64,000 bases of DNA from Patescibacteria group bacterium (GTDB lineage: Bacteria > Patescibacteriota > Patescibacteriia > 2-02-FULL-49-11): the NCBI GenBank assembly GCA_041645165.1, contig JBAZQN010000002.1, forward strand, positions 53,388 to 117,387, read 5' to 3'. Numbering within the stretch: position 1 is the first letter of the stretch; the number at the start of each line of letters is the position of its first letter. Below, in pieces: positions 8,410 through 17,272 of the stretch. The position numbers and the translations under genes are program-made. The notes beneath the pieces are model-generated. The model saw only the letters and a program-made list of their open reading frames with translations. It ran no database searches and was not told the DNA's origin.

Positions 8410-9366
8410 TCACTTACCACTCGACCCCCAATCCGGGGTGAGAATACTTGGTTTCCCTGATTTAGTCTGAATATACTTATACGCCTCAAGCGCCGCCTTC
8501 GCCCCTTCGCCTGCCGAGATCACTACTTGCTTATAATCTACATCAGTCACGTCTCCTGCGGCAAACACCCCCGGCACATTGGTGCGATTTTCCTTATCGA
8601 CCGTAACCTGCCCTTTTTTATCCAACATAACTAATCCTTTCACCCAGTCTGTCCTTGCGATATATCCTATCTCTATAAATACTCCGTCTATCGAGGTTGC
8701 TCCTTGCGCATGGGTCGCCATATCCTCCCAGCGTACTCCGTCCACCTTGGAGTCGCCTGTCACTTCAATAATTTTCTTATTATAAATTATTTCTATGTGC
8801 TCAATTGCGGTCACCGCCTCAATGAGACGCGCCGATCCCAAAAGCTTCTCGCGCTGGGGAAAAAGATACACTTTTTGGCAAAGCCGCGAAAGATATTCAG
8901 CCGCATCCAAAGCTCCTCCTGCCGCCCCTACCACTCCTGTAATTTTCCCTTTGTAGAGAGGTCCATCGCAATTGGCGCAATACGTGACACCCTTCCCTTT
9001 CAAACGGTCTTCTCCTGGCACATTCAGCTCCCGGGGGGTAAGCCCAAACGCGAGGATAATCGCCTGTGCCGTTTCAGTGCCGGATGAAATTTCCACCCGG
9101 AAATGACCGTCTTCCTGCTCAATCTTTTTCACTTCTTCAAATTTTAAAGTTCCCCCGAAATCCTCGTATTGCTTTTTGAAATTTTCCATGAGATCAAGCC
9201 CATGCGTCTGCCCGAGGACACCCGGATAATTTTCAATCCAATCAGTGAGCGCCGCCTGCCCGCCAAGGTCGCGCGAAATAATGCACGTCGAAAGTGCGCG
9301 GCGGCATGTATAGATGCCCGCAGACATGCCCGCGGCGCCCGCACCCACAATAATTATATCCCACAT
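8410..9366 (-). CDS. trxB: Thioredoxin-disulfide reductase
   Basis: N-terminal GAGAAG FAD motif, a CANCDG redox-active disulfide and a second GxGxxG NADPH-binding motif. Confidence 0.9.
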   Translation of the reverse strand: MWDIIIVGAGAAGMSAGIYTCRRALSTCIISRDLGGQAALTDWIENYPGVLGQTHGLDLMENFKKQYEDFGGTLKFEEVKKIEQEDGHFRVEISSGTETAQAIILAFGLTPRELNVPGEDRLKGKGVTYCANCDGPLYKGKITGVVGAAGGALDAAEYLSRLCQKVYLFPQREKLLGSARLIEAVTAIEHIEIIYNKKIIEVTGDSKVDGVRWEDMATHAQGATSIDGVFIEIGYIARTDWVKGLVMLDKKGQVTVDKENRTNVPGVFAAGDVTDVDYKQVVISAGEGAKAALEAYKYIQTKSGKPSILTPDWGSSGK

Positions 9367-9395
9367 ACTTTTCTTTTACTAAAATTAAGTTAAAT

Positions 9396-9476
9396 GTATG
9401 CGTCTGGATGCGTTGTGAATGCGTTTAGATGCGATCTTTATCTTTTTATCGCACTCATACGCATCCACTACGCACA
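9396..9476. promoter_or_regulatory. Phased array of ATGCGT / ACGCAT hexamers in the trxA-trxB intergenic region (candidate operator)
   Basis: Four direct ATGCG(T/A) copies spaced 10-11 bp apart (9398, 9408, 9419, 9429), followed by two inverted ACGCA(T/C) copies (9459, 9470). Confidence 0.3.
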
Positions 9477-9485
9477 TAAACGCAA

Positions 9486-9803
9486 TTATATCCCTAACGC
9501 CTTCTTCAACGCATCCTTCTGTTGCACCCCCACCATTTGCTGCGCTACCTGCCCGCCTTTAAATACGATAAGCGTAGGGATAGACATCACATTATAGGCT
9601 TGTGCAATTTGGGGGCTCTCATCCACATTCAGTTTCCCTATTTTCAAAGGCTTCCCCTCTTGCTCGCGAGCAAGTGATTCTATAATGGGCCCTTGTATTC
9701 TGCACGGACCGCACCACGGCGCCCAAAAATCAACAAGCACGGGAACGTCCGCTTTTAGAACCTCTGTGTCGAAATTTTCGTCGGTAAAAGTGATTTCTGC
9801 CAT
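9486..9803 (-). CDS. trxA: Thioredoxin
   Basis: WAPWCGPCR active site and a roughly 105-aa length. Confidence 0.9.
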   Translation of the reverse strand: MAEITFTDENFDTEVLKADVPVLVDFWAPWCGPCRIQGPIIESLAREQEGKPLKIGKLNVDESPQIAQAYNVMSIPTLIVFKGGQVAQQMVGVQQKDALKKALGI

Positions 9804-9905
9804 ATAATTTCCAAAAAAATAATAAAAGTATCACCCCTACTATATCGAATATGCATATTCCTGTCTATGCACTATGTATGAAGAGAGGCGGGTAAACTCA
9901 CAACA

Positions 9906-10640
9906 CTATTTCTCCAATGTTGCCCATATATATTGCAGCAGCTTCCGTTCGCTTTCTACAATGTTCTGATCAATAATGACCGTGGCGCTCACATTCGGAA
10001 GCGACACCAGCGCAACCCGATCGTCACCTACAAGAATATCAGAAGAAATCTGGAAATCCTTGGGAAGAATCTTAACCTCGCTTAAGTCCCGGCGGTGCGG
10101 CTGTGCCGCGATGCGCGCGGCTTGGCGCGAATACACGAACATATCGTATATTTTGCCTCCCCTATTTTTCAATAATTGAAACATATGACGATTTTCTTCG
10201 TAAGAAAATACCTTAAAATACTCTTCCATTGATACCATTGCCCAAACCTCTTTTGAACGGAACACAGCCTCATACACCTTGGTTAGCTGCTCTTTGCCTT
10301 CATAAAATTCAACCCCAGGCCTGTTTCCTGCCTGCGATGAGAGCAACTTCAGCTCTGGCACTACCCGTGTGGCCAGTTCTTTCTTCTCTTCAATAAGTTT
10401 CAATAATCTCTCCGGATCCTCAGCCCGCAAATACATCTTTCTCCCCTTTGGCACTTTCACCAACAGCCCTTTCTTCAAGAGCTCGTCCACCACCAAATAC
10501 GTCGTCGGCCGCTTCATAACGGCCTTGTGTGCAATATCCGTTACCGACGCAATCCCCAACCCTAAACAAACCATATAGACCATCGCTTCACTTGCCGTAA
10601 ATCCTAATTTTTCAAGTGTCTGCGTATGAATCATACACAC
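9906..10640 (-). CDS. TrmB-family transcriptional regulator (paralog 1 of 3)
   Basis: N-terminal winged-helix region LEKLGFTASEAMVYMVCLGLGIASVTDIAHKAVMKRPTTYLVVDELLKKGLL matches the TrmB HTH. Paralogs lie at 20760 and 31834. Confidence 0.7.
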   Translation of the reverse strand: MCMIHTQTLEKLGFTASEAMVYMVCLGLGIASVTDIAHKAVMKRPTTYLVVDELLKKGLLVKVPKGRKMYLRAEDPERLLKLIEEKKELATRVVPELKLLSSQAGNRPGVEFYEGKEQLTKVYEAVFRSKEVWAMVSMEEYFKVFSYEENRHMFQLLKNRGGKIYDMFVYSRQAARIAAQPHRRDLSEVKILPKDFQISSDILVGDDRVALVSLPNVSATVIIDQNIVESERKLLQYIWATLEK

Positions 10641-10680
10641 TGAATGTCATCCCTGGCCGAGACCAGGGATCCAGAAAGCA
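10641..10680. repeat. Repeat family A hairpin, copy 3 (ATCCCTGG-ccgaga-CCAGGGAT), abutting the TrmB-1 start codon
   Basis: Same hairpin geometry and the flanking gtcat...atccagaaa as copies 1 and 2, with third-state compensatory substitutions. Confidence 0.6.
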
Positions 10681-10896
10681 AAAAAGGTATAATCTTCCTT
10701 AATGATCTTATTTAAATTTTCACATTTTGTCAATATTTCTGACAAAAAGTTAAAAAATAATCAATATATTATCATATTTACTGCATATGTTATTTAGAAA
10801 CTATAATTTTCATCTAAAATTCTTGACATTTTTCTCATTTCATACCTATACTACTGCGTCAAAATCACATTCACAATCGAAATGAGGTGAATAAAA

Positions 10897-10989
10897 ATGA
10901 ATAAACCCACAACTCCTAAAAAACCAGCAGCAGCACCAACGCCACCACCAGCGCCGCAGCAAGATCCTAACCCGACGCCACTCCCATAG
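10897..10989 (+). CDS. Small Pro-rich ORF (30 aa, MNKPTTPKKPAAAPTPPPAPQQDPNPTPLP)
   Basis: Preceded by a near-consensus promoter (TTGACA at 10823, then TATACT) and a strong RBS (GAGGTGA 6 nt before the ATG). It is followed by the 157-aa ORF, which has its own GGAGG. Confidence 0.25.
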   Translation: MNKPTTPKKPAAAPTPPPAPQQDPNPTPLP

Positions 10990-11089
10990 AGAAACCCTCC
11001 ATGGAAAAGACCGCCAGTGGGGTGACGTAAATCCGGCCCGTCGCACCCTGATAACACGACGCGACTGGCTTAAACCTTTTGGAGGCAAA

Positions 11090-11563
11090 ATGAATTTCTT
11101 AGAAGTTTTTCTAGTCGACGCGGTCGCCGCTCTCCTAATAGTCTTGATATTTGAACTAATAGGACAAGGCGACGAGGAAGGATGGCTTGGTAACTTACTA
11201 GACTGGGTGCTTGGCCAGATCAAGAAAGGGCGACCAATGCCGTCTCCTCAGAATGAAACACAGGATCCACAGTACAGGATCGCAATCCTGTACCAAATTA
11301 TCGAAACTGCGAAACTCGGCTTGCTCAATCATCCATGTTGGCGAGCTGAAGCCTGGATACTTACGGTTCCTAATAGCAGGGTGGCTGCAGATCGTGCACG
11401 TGTACTACTTCTAGACGAGCACCAGTGGTGGGGACAGAAAATTGCCATAAGGGCTATAGTAGAGGATAAGGACGGATGGATTCTTGCCAATCTCGCCGAA
11501 AAGATTGGCTGGATAGGAAATTTATTCGTTCTCCAACATCAAGACAGGAAAGGCGCCTTCTAA
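11090..11563 (+). CDS. Hypothetical membrane-anchored protein (157 aa)
   Basis: GGAGG RBS 5 nt upstream, an N-terminal TM helix, and a gene end embedded in a perfect 11-bp-stem terminator. Confidence 0.5.
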   Translation: MNFLEVFLVDAVAALLIVLIFELIGQGDEEGWLGNLLDWVLGQIKKGRPMPSPQNETQDPQYRIAILYQIIETAKLGLLNHPCWRAEAWILTVPNSRVAADRARVLLLDEHQWWGQKIAIRAIVEDKDGWILANLAEKIGWIGNLFVLQHQDRKGAF

Positions 11564-11584
11564 GGGGAGAAGGCGCCTTTTACT
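11549..11584 (+). terminator. Rho-independent terminator (AGGCGCCTTCT-aagggg-AGAAGGCGCCT, then TTTTAC)
   Basis: Perfect 11-bp stem followed by a T-run. Confidence 0.75.
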
Positions 11585-11800
11585 TATAACATCAGGTTAA
11601 TATATATCACCTATGACAGCTAGGCATTATACAAAGAAACTGCTTATTTAAGACAAAATAAAATCGACCGACAAACGCCGATCGAGAAAATATTCAATAC
11701 CTTAGCTATTTAAATTGTTCTACGTAGAACAACTAAAATCTATTTCTTCATTACACTTGTTATTACAGTAATGAGGCTAGACAATATTTTATGATTATAC

Positions 11801-12061
11801 TCAATACCGTCTTCTTTCTATCCTTTCATTTGCAACTCTCGTTGTCTCATTAACAAATCCTTTTGCAACTTCTGATGCATATTGTACTGTTCCATCTCTT
11901 ATCATTTTCGTCTTAATCGAAGCAATTTCTGATTTACCTTGCAATTTTTGATTATTTATATCAATTTCGTAAATTCTTCTTAGATAAATTAGTCGATTGA
12001 TTAACGCAAAGAGATAAATTAAAATTATGAATCCGATTCCAAATATTGTGAAATTGCTCAT
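11801..12061 (-). CDS. Hypothetical small membrane protein (about 86 aa from the internal Met)
   Basis: N-terminal TM helix (FTIFGIGFIILIYLFALI). The longer ORF would run into the tRNA-Ala gene, so the internal start is preferred. Confidence 0.3.
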   Translation of the reverse strand: MSNFTIFGIGFIILIYLFALINRLIYLRRIYEIDINNQKLQGKSEIASIKTKMIRDGTVQYASEVAKGFVNETTRVANERIERRRY

Positions 12062-12135
12062 AATATTGCTCTGGTGGACCTGGGGGGAATCGGACCCCCG
12101 CCTCCGCAATGCGAATGCGGCGTTTTACCACTGAA
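12062..12135 (-). tRNA. tRNA-Ala (anticodon CGC)
   Basis: Hand-folded cloverleaf GGGCCTG...CAGGTCC-A-CCA with the G3:U70 Ala identity pair. Anticodon stem CCGCA/TGCGG with loop TTCGCAT, T-arm GGGGG-TCCGATT-CCCCC, CCA encoded. Confidence 0.8.
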
Positions 12136-12188
12136 CTACAGGCCCTAAAACTTTGAATTTCTAGAACTTTCTAGCAGTTGGGGTCATT

Positions 12189-12262
12189 TGGTGGACCTAG
12201 GGAGAATCGAACTCCCACCTCCTCCATGCCATGGAGGCGTTCTACCACTATACTATAGGCCC
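12189..12262 (-). tRNA. tRNA-Ala (anticodon GGC)
   Basis: Acceptor GGGCCTA/TAGGTCC with G3:U70, anticodon stem CCTCC/GGAGG with loop ATGGCAT, T-arm GTGGGAGTTCGATTCTCCC (T-stem GGGAG/CTCCC, loop TTCGATT), CCA encoded. Confidence 0.8.
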
Positions 12263-12306
12263 ATAATAACAGTTTATCAGTTATTATCTTCACGTTAATA
12301 GTTTTT

Positions 12307-12378
12307 TGCCCCCAGTATGAATCGAACATACATCTATCCCTTAGGACGGGACTGTTCTATCCATTGAACTATGGGGGC
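12307..12378 (-). tRNA. tRNA-Arg (anticodon CCU)
   Basis: Acceptor GCCCCCA/TGGGGGC, D-arm GTTC-AATGGATA-GAAC, anticodon stem GTCCC/GGGAT with loop GTCCTAA, T-arm GTATG-TTCGATT-CATAC. CCA is not encoded. Confidence 0.7.
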
Positions 12379-12496
12379 ATATCTAACCACATTTCTGTAT
12401 AAATTCTAAACGATAGTGTAACATTTAATCAGAGTTTGCACAGTCTATCCAAATTTTATTCACATTCTATATACATTATACCTTTAACTCAACCCT

Positions 12497-12934
12497 ATGT
12501 TTCATGATTCCTCAAAAATCGGCAAAAACGATGAAACGATTATTGGCGCCACGGTAAAACTTGAGGGGGATTTTGTGGGAGAGAACAATGTGGTCGTGGA
12601 AGGTACGGTGCGCGGCAGCATGAAAACAAAACAAAATTTACGAATTACTCCAAATTCAAAAATATTCGCCTCCATTGAGGCCCAAAATGCAACCATTGCG
12701 GGAGAGGTTCATGGCAATATAAAAATCATAGAACAGTTGGAATTGCTTTCTACTGCGCGGATTAATGGCGACATTGAGGCAAAAGCAATATCAGTAGCGA
12801 ATGGTGCGGTGATCAATGGCAAGATTAGCATGGGAAATGCGCAAGGAAACAGTGTCAATATTACAGAACATGCATCATTCGCCAATAACCACCCCCTTGT
12901 TGCTAAATCTGTCATGGAAAGAAAAAACAAATAA
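12497..12934 (+). CDS. Bactofilin (polymer-forming cytoskeletal protein, DUF583)
   Basis: Repetitive beta-helical segments (VEGTVRGSM, IAGEVHGNIKI, INGDIEAKAI, VINGKISMG) typical of bactofilin. Confidence 0.8.
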   Translation: MFHDSSKIGKNDETIIGATVKLEGDFVGENNVVVEGTVRGSMKTKQNLRITPNSKIFASIEAQNATIAGEVHGNIKIIEQLELLSTARINGDIEAKAISVANGAVINGKISMGNAQGNSVNITEHASFANNHPLVAKSVMERKNK

Positions 12935-12948
12935 CCGCAAAGGGCGCT

Positions 12949-13707
12949 ATGTACCATTATTTCTTTGATTCCTCTTTGCACCATAAGCGTTTTCACCAGG
13001 ATGTGGCAAGGATAGAAACACGCATCACTGACCTTGGTATTAAGGGAAGACTCACGAGGCTTACGCCGCTCCATGATCTCCGCGAAACTGTGGAGGAATC
13101 ATTAACCCAAGGCGCCCATACGCTCATTGCCGTAGGGAACGATCATCTTCTCTCACGCATTGCGAGCGTGTTACGCAACCACCCCCACTGCACCCTGGGT
13201 ATAATCCCGGTTGGTGCCGGCCCTTTTATAATTTCTCATACTCTTGGCATTCCGGAGGGGATAGCCGCGTGCGACACGCTCGCCGCGCGCAGGCTGGAAG
13301 TATTCGATGCGGGCATCATGAACGACCGTGAACTCTTTATCTCTGCAATTGAAATACATAATATCCTCTGCAGCATTGAGTGCAATAACAAATATCACCT
13401 CACGCCGCTCTCCCCATCGCATGTGACTATACAAAATTTAATTTCATTTCAATATCCCGATAATTGTGATAACCCCGCTGATGGTCAATTAAGTATTTAT
13501 ATTCATCCGCAAGCGCCGCAATCATGGTGGAAAAAAAGAACCACCGAGCGCCTCACCCATTGTATGACAAAAAAAATTACCGTTTCGCCACTGAATGGAG
13601 AATCCACTGCCACCATAGACGGTTTTAAAATTATCCGCCTTCCTTTTACCGCTGAAATCCTGCAACACCATTTCACCTTTATTGTAGGGAAGACTCGATT
13701 GTACTAA
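12949..13707 (+). CDS. Diacylglycerol-kinase-catalytic-domain (YegS/BmrU-like) lipid kinase family protein
   Basis: IAVGNDHLLSRI (a degenerate GGDGT) and LGIIPVGAGPFIISHTLGIP match the DAGK_cat pattern. Confidence 0.55.
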   Translation: MYHYFFDSSLHHKRFHQDVARIETRITDLGIKGRLTRLTPLHDLRETVEESLTQGAHTLIAVGNDHLLSRIASVLRNHPHCTLGIIPVGAGPFIISHTLGIPEGIAACDTLAARRLEVFDAGIMNDRELFISAIEIHNILCSIECNNKYHLTPLSPSHVTIQNLISFQYPDNCDNPADGQLSIYIHPQAPQSWWKKRTTERLTHCMTKKITVSPLNGESTATIDGFKIIRLPFTAEILQHHFTFIVGKTRLY

Positions 13708-13772
13708 AATAATTTACTAATATTAGCAAAAAATCCCTTCTTTTTAGAAGGGATAAAATTTTTACCCAACTA

Positions 13773-14108
13773 CTATCGCGTAGTGGACTGTGTAGTGCCA
13801 AAAGAAGTCGCTTGTTGTGGCAGGTGCGCGATTCGCGCTTCTTTCTCTTTATCGCGCAGCACCGTACTGTCCACAATCATCTTATCTTTGGTGAGGGACA
13901 CCACCTGATTGCGGTTTATGAGTAAATCCACATTCCGCAATACGCTCGCCACTATCCCCGTGGGGCGCACCTGATACTGCATGACACTCTGGCTCTCAAT
14001 ATCGATTTCAAGACCGACCACGTGGCCGAGGTTGTGGTGGTCGACTGTTTCTACAGGAATATGGAATAGCTGATCTGTGTTAATCATCATGGCGGTGATG
14101 ATATTCAA
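13773..14108 (-). CDS. Small PRC-barrel-like protein (YlmC/YmxH-like), hypothetical
   Basis: About 110 aa with weak PRC-barrel-like beta pattern. It overlaps the yidC stop by 4 nt, so it is probably co-transcribed. Confidence 0.35.
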   Translation of the reverse strand: MNIITAMMINTDQLFHIPVETVDHHNLGHVVGLEIDIESQSVMQYQVRPTGIVASVLRNVDLLINRNQVVSLTKDKMIVDSTVLRDKEKEARIAHLPQQATSFGTTQSTTR

Positions 14109-14839
14109 ATATTTTTCTGCGCCGCGCTAGCATCAGTGCGGCGACGGAAGAGAAACGCCTGCTGTGCCACCGTAAGCAGCGTCGTCACCAGCCAATAGAG
14201 GGAAAGCCCCCCGGGGAGCCTGGTGCCGATAAAAATTGTCATCAGTGGCATCATATAGAGCATTTGTTTATTCATGATGGCCGTCATACTCTCATCCTTG
14301 GCGCCCGGTACCTTAGGCTGCGGTTTGGTGACCAGCATCTTCGACTGCCAGAATTGCGCAAGGCCGGCAAGGACCGCAAGAGGGATTGAAGGATTCGTGA
14401 GATTCAAAAATCCGAAGCTAATCGGCTGGATAAATTCCGGCTTCGCGATAAAAGGATAGAGCGCCTCGAAACCGTTTGAACTTATACCATGCCCAAATAC
14501 CTGATACAGAGCAATAAAGAAAGGCAATTGGACCAATAAGGGCAGGCATGAAGAGAATGGATTCACCTTTTCTGTCTTATACAATTCCATGGTGGCGCGC
14601 GCAAGCGCTTCCTTGTTATCGCTGTGTTTTTGCTTTAACGCATCCATCTTAGGCTGGAGGGATTGCAGCGCTTTTTGGGAGCGGATTGATTGCAAGGAAA
14701 GAGGATACAGCAGCGCTTTCACGGCAATCGTGAGTGCTACGATGGCAATGCCGATATCATGGCCGGGAAGTACATTGTAAAAAAATATCAAAAGATTAAA
14801 AAGCGGCTGATAGAGAATGAGATTATAAATATATTTCAT
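14105..14839 (-). CDS. yidC: Membrane protein insertase YidC (short form)
   Basis: LYPLSLQSIRSQKALQSLQPKMDALKQKHSDNKEALARATMELYK...NPFSSCLPLLVQLPFFIALYQVF matches the YidC/Oxa1 core. Confidence 0.85.
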   Translation of the reverse strand: MKYIYNLILYQPLFNLLIFFYNVLPGHDIGIAIVALTIAVKALLYPLSLQSIRSQKALQSLQPKMDALKQKHSDNKEALARATMELYKTEKVNPFSSCLPLLVQLPFFIALYQVFGHGISSNGFEALYPFIAKPEFIQPISFGFLNLTNPSIPLAVLAGLAQFWQSKMLVTKPQPKVPGAKDESMTAIMNKQMLYMMPLMTIFIGTRLPGGLSLYWLVTTLLTVAQQAFLFRRRTDASAAQKNI

Positions 14840-14851
14840 AAGTAGTAATGC

Positions 14852-15112
14852 TTATGGTACAGGATCAAATGCAGGCGGGTGCAGTGGATGACATTTTAGG
14901 ATTCTTCTTACTCCCAACACAATACCGCGAAGCGCGCCGTGGCGCACCAATGCCTGTCTTGTATACTCTGAACACGAAGGAAAAAATCTGCAATGGCCCC
15001 ACGGACGCCGCATAGGCCCGTGGTCGGGAGAAAGGATTATCTGGTACCATCGAATGCCATGGGCCAATAACGTACCAATAAAATAATTAAGTGAAGTGGC
15101 AATTTTTCTCAT
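14852..15112 (-). CDS. yidD: Membrane protein insertion efficiency factor YidD
   Basis: [10 protein letters not shown] motif, a roughly 85-aa length, and a 4-nt overlap with rnpA. Confidence 0.85.
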   Translation of the reverse strand: MRKIATSLNYFIGTLLAHGIRWYQIILSPDHGPMRRPWGHCRFFPSCSEYTRQALVRHGALRGIVLGVRRILKCHPLHPPAFDPVP

Positions 15113-15477
15113 ATCTTAGCCGTTTTTTGAGTATTCTGCCTTAACACTGAAAGATGCCTCACCAATAACAACAAATCATTTTCTATAGCTTTAAATGGCT
15201 GTGGTGATAAATATCTTTTTACGATAAAAAATATATCTAACCCCACAGGAAGAGAAGAAAAATTTTTCCGCACTGCTTCCCTTAACTGCCGCCGCAGACG
15301 GTTGCGCCCCGTCGCGTGCTTAATGACGCTATTTGGTATCACAAACCCAACCCTTGTGCTCTTCATTCCGTTCCGGCAATAACGCATTCCTATCCATGCG
15401 CAATTCCTGACGCCACCTTCCCGATAGATGCGGTTAAAATCCTCTGAACTCCTGATACGGTGCTGCAGGGATAACAT
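15109..15477 (-). CDS. rnpA: Ribonuclease P protein component
   Basis: [11 protein letters not shown] (the RNR-like RNA-binding motif), a roughly 120-aa length, and its position between rpmH and yidD. Confidence 0.85.
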   Translation of the reverse strand: MLSLQHRIRSSEDFNRIYREGGVRNCAWIGMRYCRNGMKSTRVGFVIPNSVIKHATGRNRLRRQLREAVRKNFSSLPVGLDIFFIVKRYLSPQPFKAIENDLLLLVRHLSVLRQNTQKTAKI

Positions 15478-15503
15478 AATTATTTCTTGTGCGCGGTGGC
15501 TCC

Positions 15504-15641
15504 TTACACGGTCAATCGCGCCCTTTTCTTGGTCCTGCGCCTCGAAAGCACGTGCCTGCCGCTCTGTGTTGCCATGCGCGCGCGAAATCCATGGACGCGC
15601 GAACGTCTGCGTGTTTTTGGTTGATAAGTGCGTTTTGGCAT
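15504..15641 (-). CDS. rpmH: 50S ribosomal protein L34
   Basis: [45 protein letters not shown] is a near-universal L34 sequence. The start is set at the internal Met of the 67-aa ORF. Confidence 0.9.
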   Translation of the reverse strand: MPKRTYQPKTRRRSRVHGFRARMATQSGRHVLSRRRTKKRARLTV

Positions 15642-15862
15642 AGTAATAAAAATACGAAAATTGAATACGGTTACGTATACTATACCGAAATACCCCCCTG
15701 CCAGCAAGTGAGAGAAATCAATAATGACTCATGCACAAAGTCTGCACAGGTTGTACACAAAATTGCCAAAAAACCTTATTTTCTGCTATGGTGATGCCGT
15801 GCTATGATAGATGCATCACACCAAAATAGCGTCGTATTGATCGTACATGACCGCTCGTCTCG

Positions 15863-17272
15863 ATGACGTTTCAACGACCTATGCCTGACATGACCCATAA
15901 TGAACTCTGGCAAGCCGTGCTCGGGGAACTCGAGCTCTTGCTTTCTCGTGCGCATTTCACCACGTGGTTCAAACATACATTCATTATCGAAAAGGACGGT
16001 ATTCGATTGGTCGTGGGTGTTCCCAACACCTTTACCAAAACATGGCTTGAAAATAAATATCACACGTCAATCCTCAAAGCGCTCCGTAGTGTCACCCATA
16101 ATGAGGTGCGCGAAGTGTCCTACCAGGTGGAAACCCGGCATACGGCACTGCAAACGCCTTATACTCCTCTCGAGGCTAGCTCAGGACCCGCTGCCGAACC
16201 TATGGCCCCGCATACGATGAGCCGCATGGACGAACACGGCCTCAATCCCCGCTATATATTCCAGTCATTTGTGGTAGGGAAAAATAACGAGCTTGCGCAC
16301 GCAGCCGCCAGGGCGGTTGCCCAGCAGCCAGGAATGGTCTATAACCCTCTTTTCATTTATGGAGGGGTGGGGCTGGGCAAGACGCACCTAATGCAGGCAA
16401 TCGGGCACGAACTACTAAGCCATGACCCCTCAAAAAAAATCCTCTATACCTCATGCGAAAAATTTACCAATGAATTCGTGTTCTCCATTAAAAATGGCAA
16501 CGCAGATTCGTTCAAAGACCGCTATCGCAATGTCGACATATTGCTCATTGATGATATTCATTTCATGACAGGGAAAGAACAGACCCAGGAGCAATTTTTC
16601 CACACCTTCAACGAACTCCATCAGCATAACCGACAAATCGTCATCTCTTCCGATCGCCCTCCCAAAGCGCTTCCCGGGCTTGAGCAAAGGCTCATTTCCC
16701 GATTTGAATGGGGTATGATCGCAGATATCGGCATGCCTGACTTGGAAACCAGAACTGCCATCCTTGAACGCAAGCTTACCGAGCGCAATATCACCCTTGA
16801 TGCGAGTATTATAGCGTCCATTGCCTCTGCTATTCAATCAAATATCCGCGAATTAGAAGGGGTCCTTAACCGCATCCTTGCCTACCAACAGCTCGGCGGC
16901 ACCATCCTTACCCCCGAATCAGTGCGTTCGCTCCTTATCACTATTACAGCGACCCCCAAACGAGGCGCAATCACCCCTAAACATCTCATGAAGGTAGTGG
17001 CGCAATACTATGACATTTCCATTGAAAACTTGATCGGTGAGAGTAGAAAGAAGGAATTGGTAATGCCGCGGCAAATCGTTATGTATCTCATGCGGGAAGA
17101 GATAAAAAGCTCTTTCCCTAATATTGGCGCTGAACTCGGCGGGCGCGACCATACGACTGCTATGTACGCATATACAAAAATCGTTGATGAGTTGGAGAAG
17201 AATGAAAGAATACGTCAAGATATTGCGCTCATCCGCCAGCAGTTATTCAACCAGACATGGGATAAAGGGTAA
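15863..17272 (+). CDS. dnaA: Chromosomal replication initiator DnaA
   Basis: Walker A GVGLGKTHLMQAIGHE, sensor and box motifs, and a C-terminal DNA-binding domain (RDHTTAMYAYTKI). It is divergent from rpmH. Confidence 0.95.
   Translation: MTFQRPMPDMTHNELWQAVLGELELLLSRAHFTTWFKHTFIIEKDGIRLVVGVPNTFTKTWLENKYHTSILKALRSVTHNEVREVSYQVETRHTALQTPYTPLEASSGPAAEPMAPHTMSRMDEHGLNPRYIFQSFVVGKNNELAHAAARAVAQQPGMVYNPLFIYGGVGLGKTHLMQAIGHELLSHDPSKKILYTSCEKFTNEFVFSIKNGNADSFKDRYRNVDILLIDDIHFMTGKEQTQEQFFHTFNELHQHNRQIVISSDRPPKALPGLEQRLISRFEWGMIADIGMPDLETRTAILERKLTERNITLDASIIASIASAIQSNIRELEGVLNRILAYQQLGGTILTPESVRSLLITITATPKRGAITPKHLMKVVAQYYDISIENLIGESRKKELVMPRQIVMYLMREEIKSSFPNIGAELGGRDHTTAMYAYTKIVDELEKNERIRQDIALIRQQLFNQTWDKG

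Noticed and set aside
8184-8489. 101-aa minus-strand ORF spanning the family A repeat and the trxB 3' end
   Set aside because: It overlaps a repeat element and the trxB stop region, has low-complexity Arg/Ser content, and has no support.
10846-11223. Minus-strand 125-aa Trp/Arg/Cys-rich ORF and a 68-aa Gly/Cys-rich ORF that looked bacteriocin-like
   Set aside because: Both are antisense to the plus-strand unit that has a consensus promoter, an SD and a terminator. Their unusual composition comes from reading a Pro/Ala-rich codon run in reverse. The 68-aa peptide is kept only as a remote possibility.
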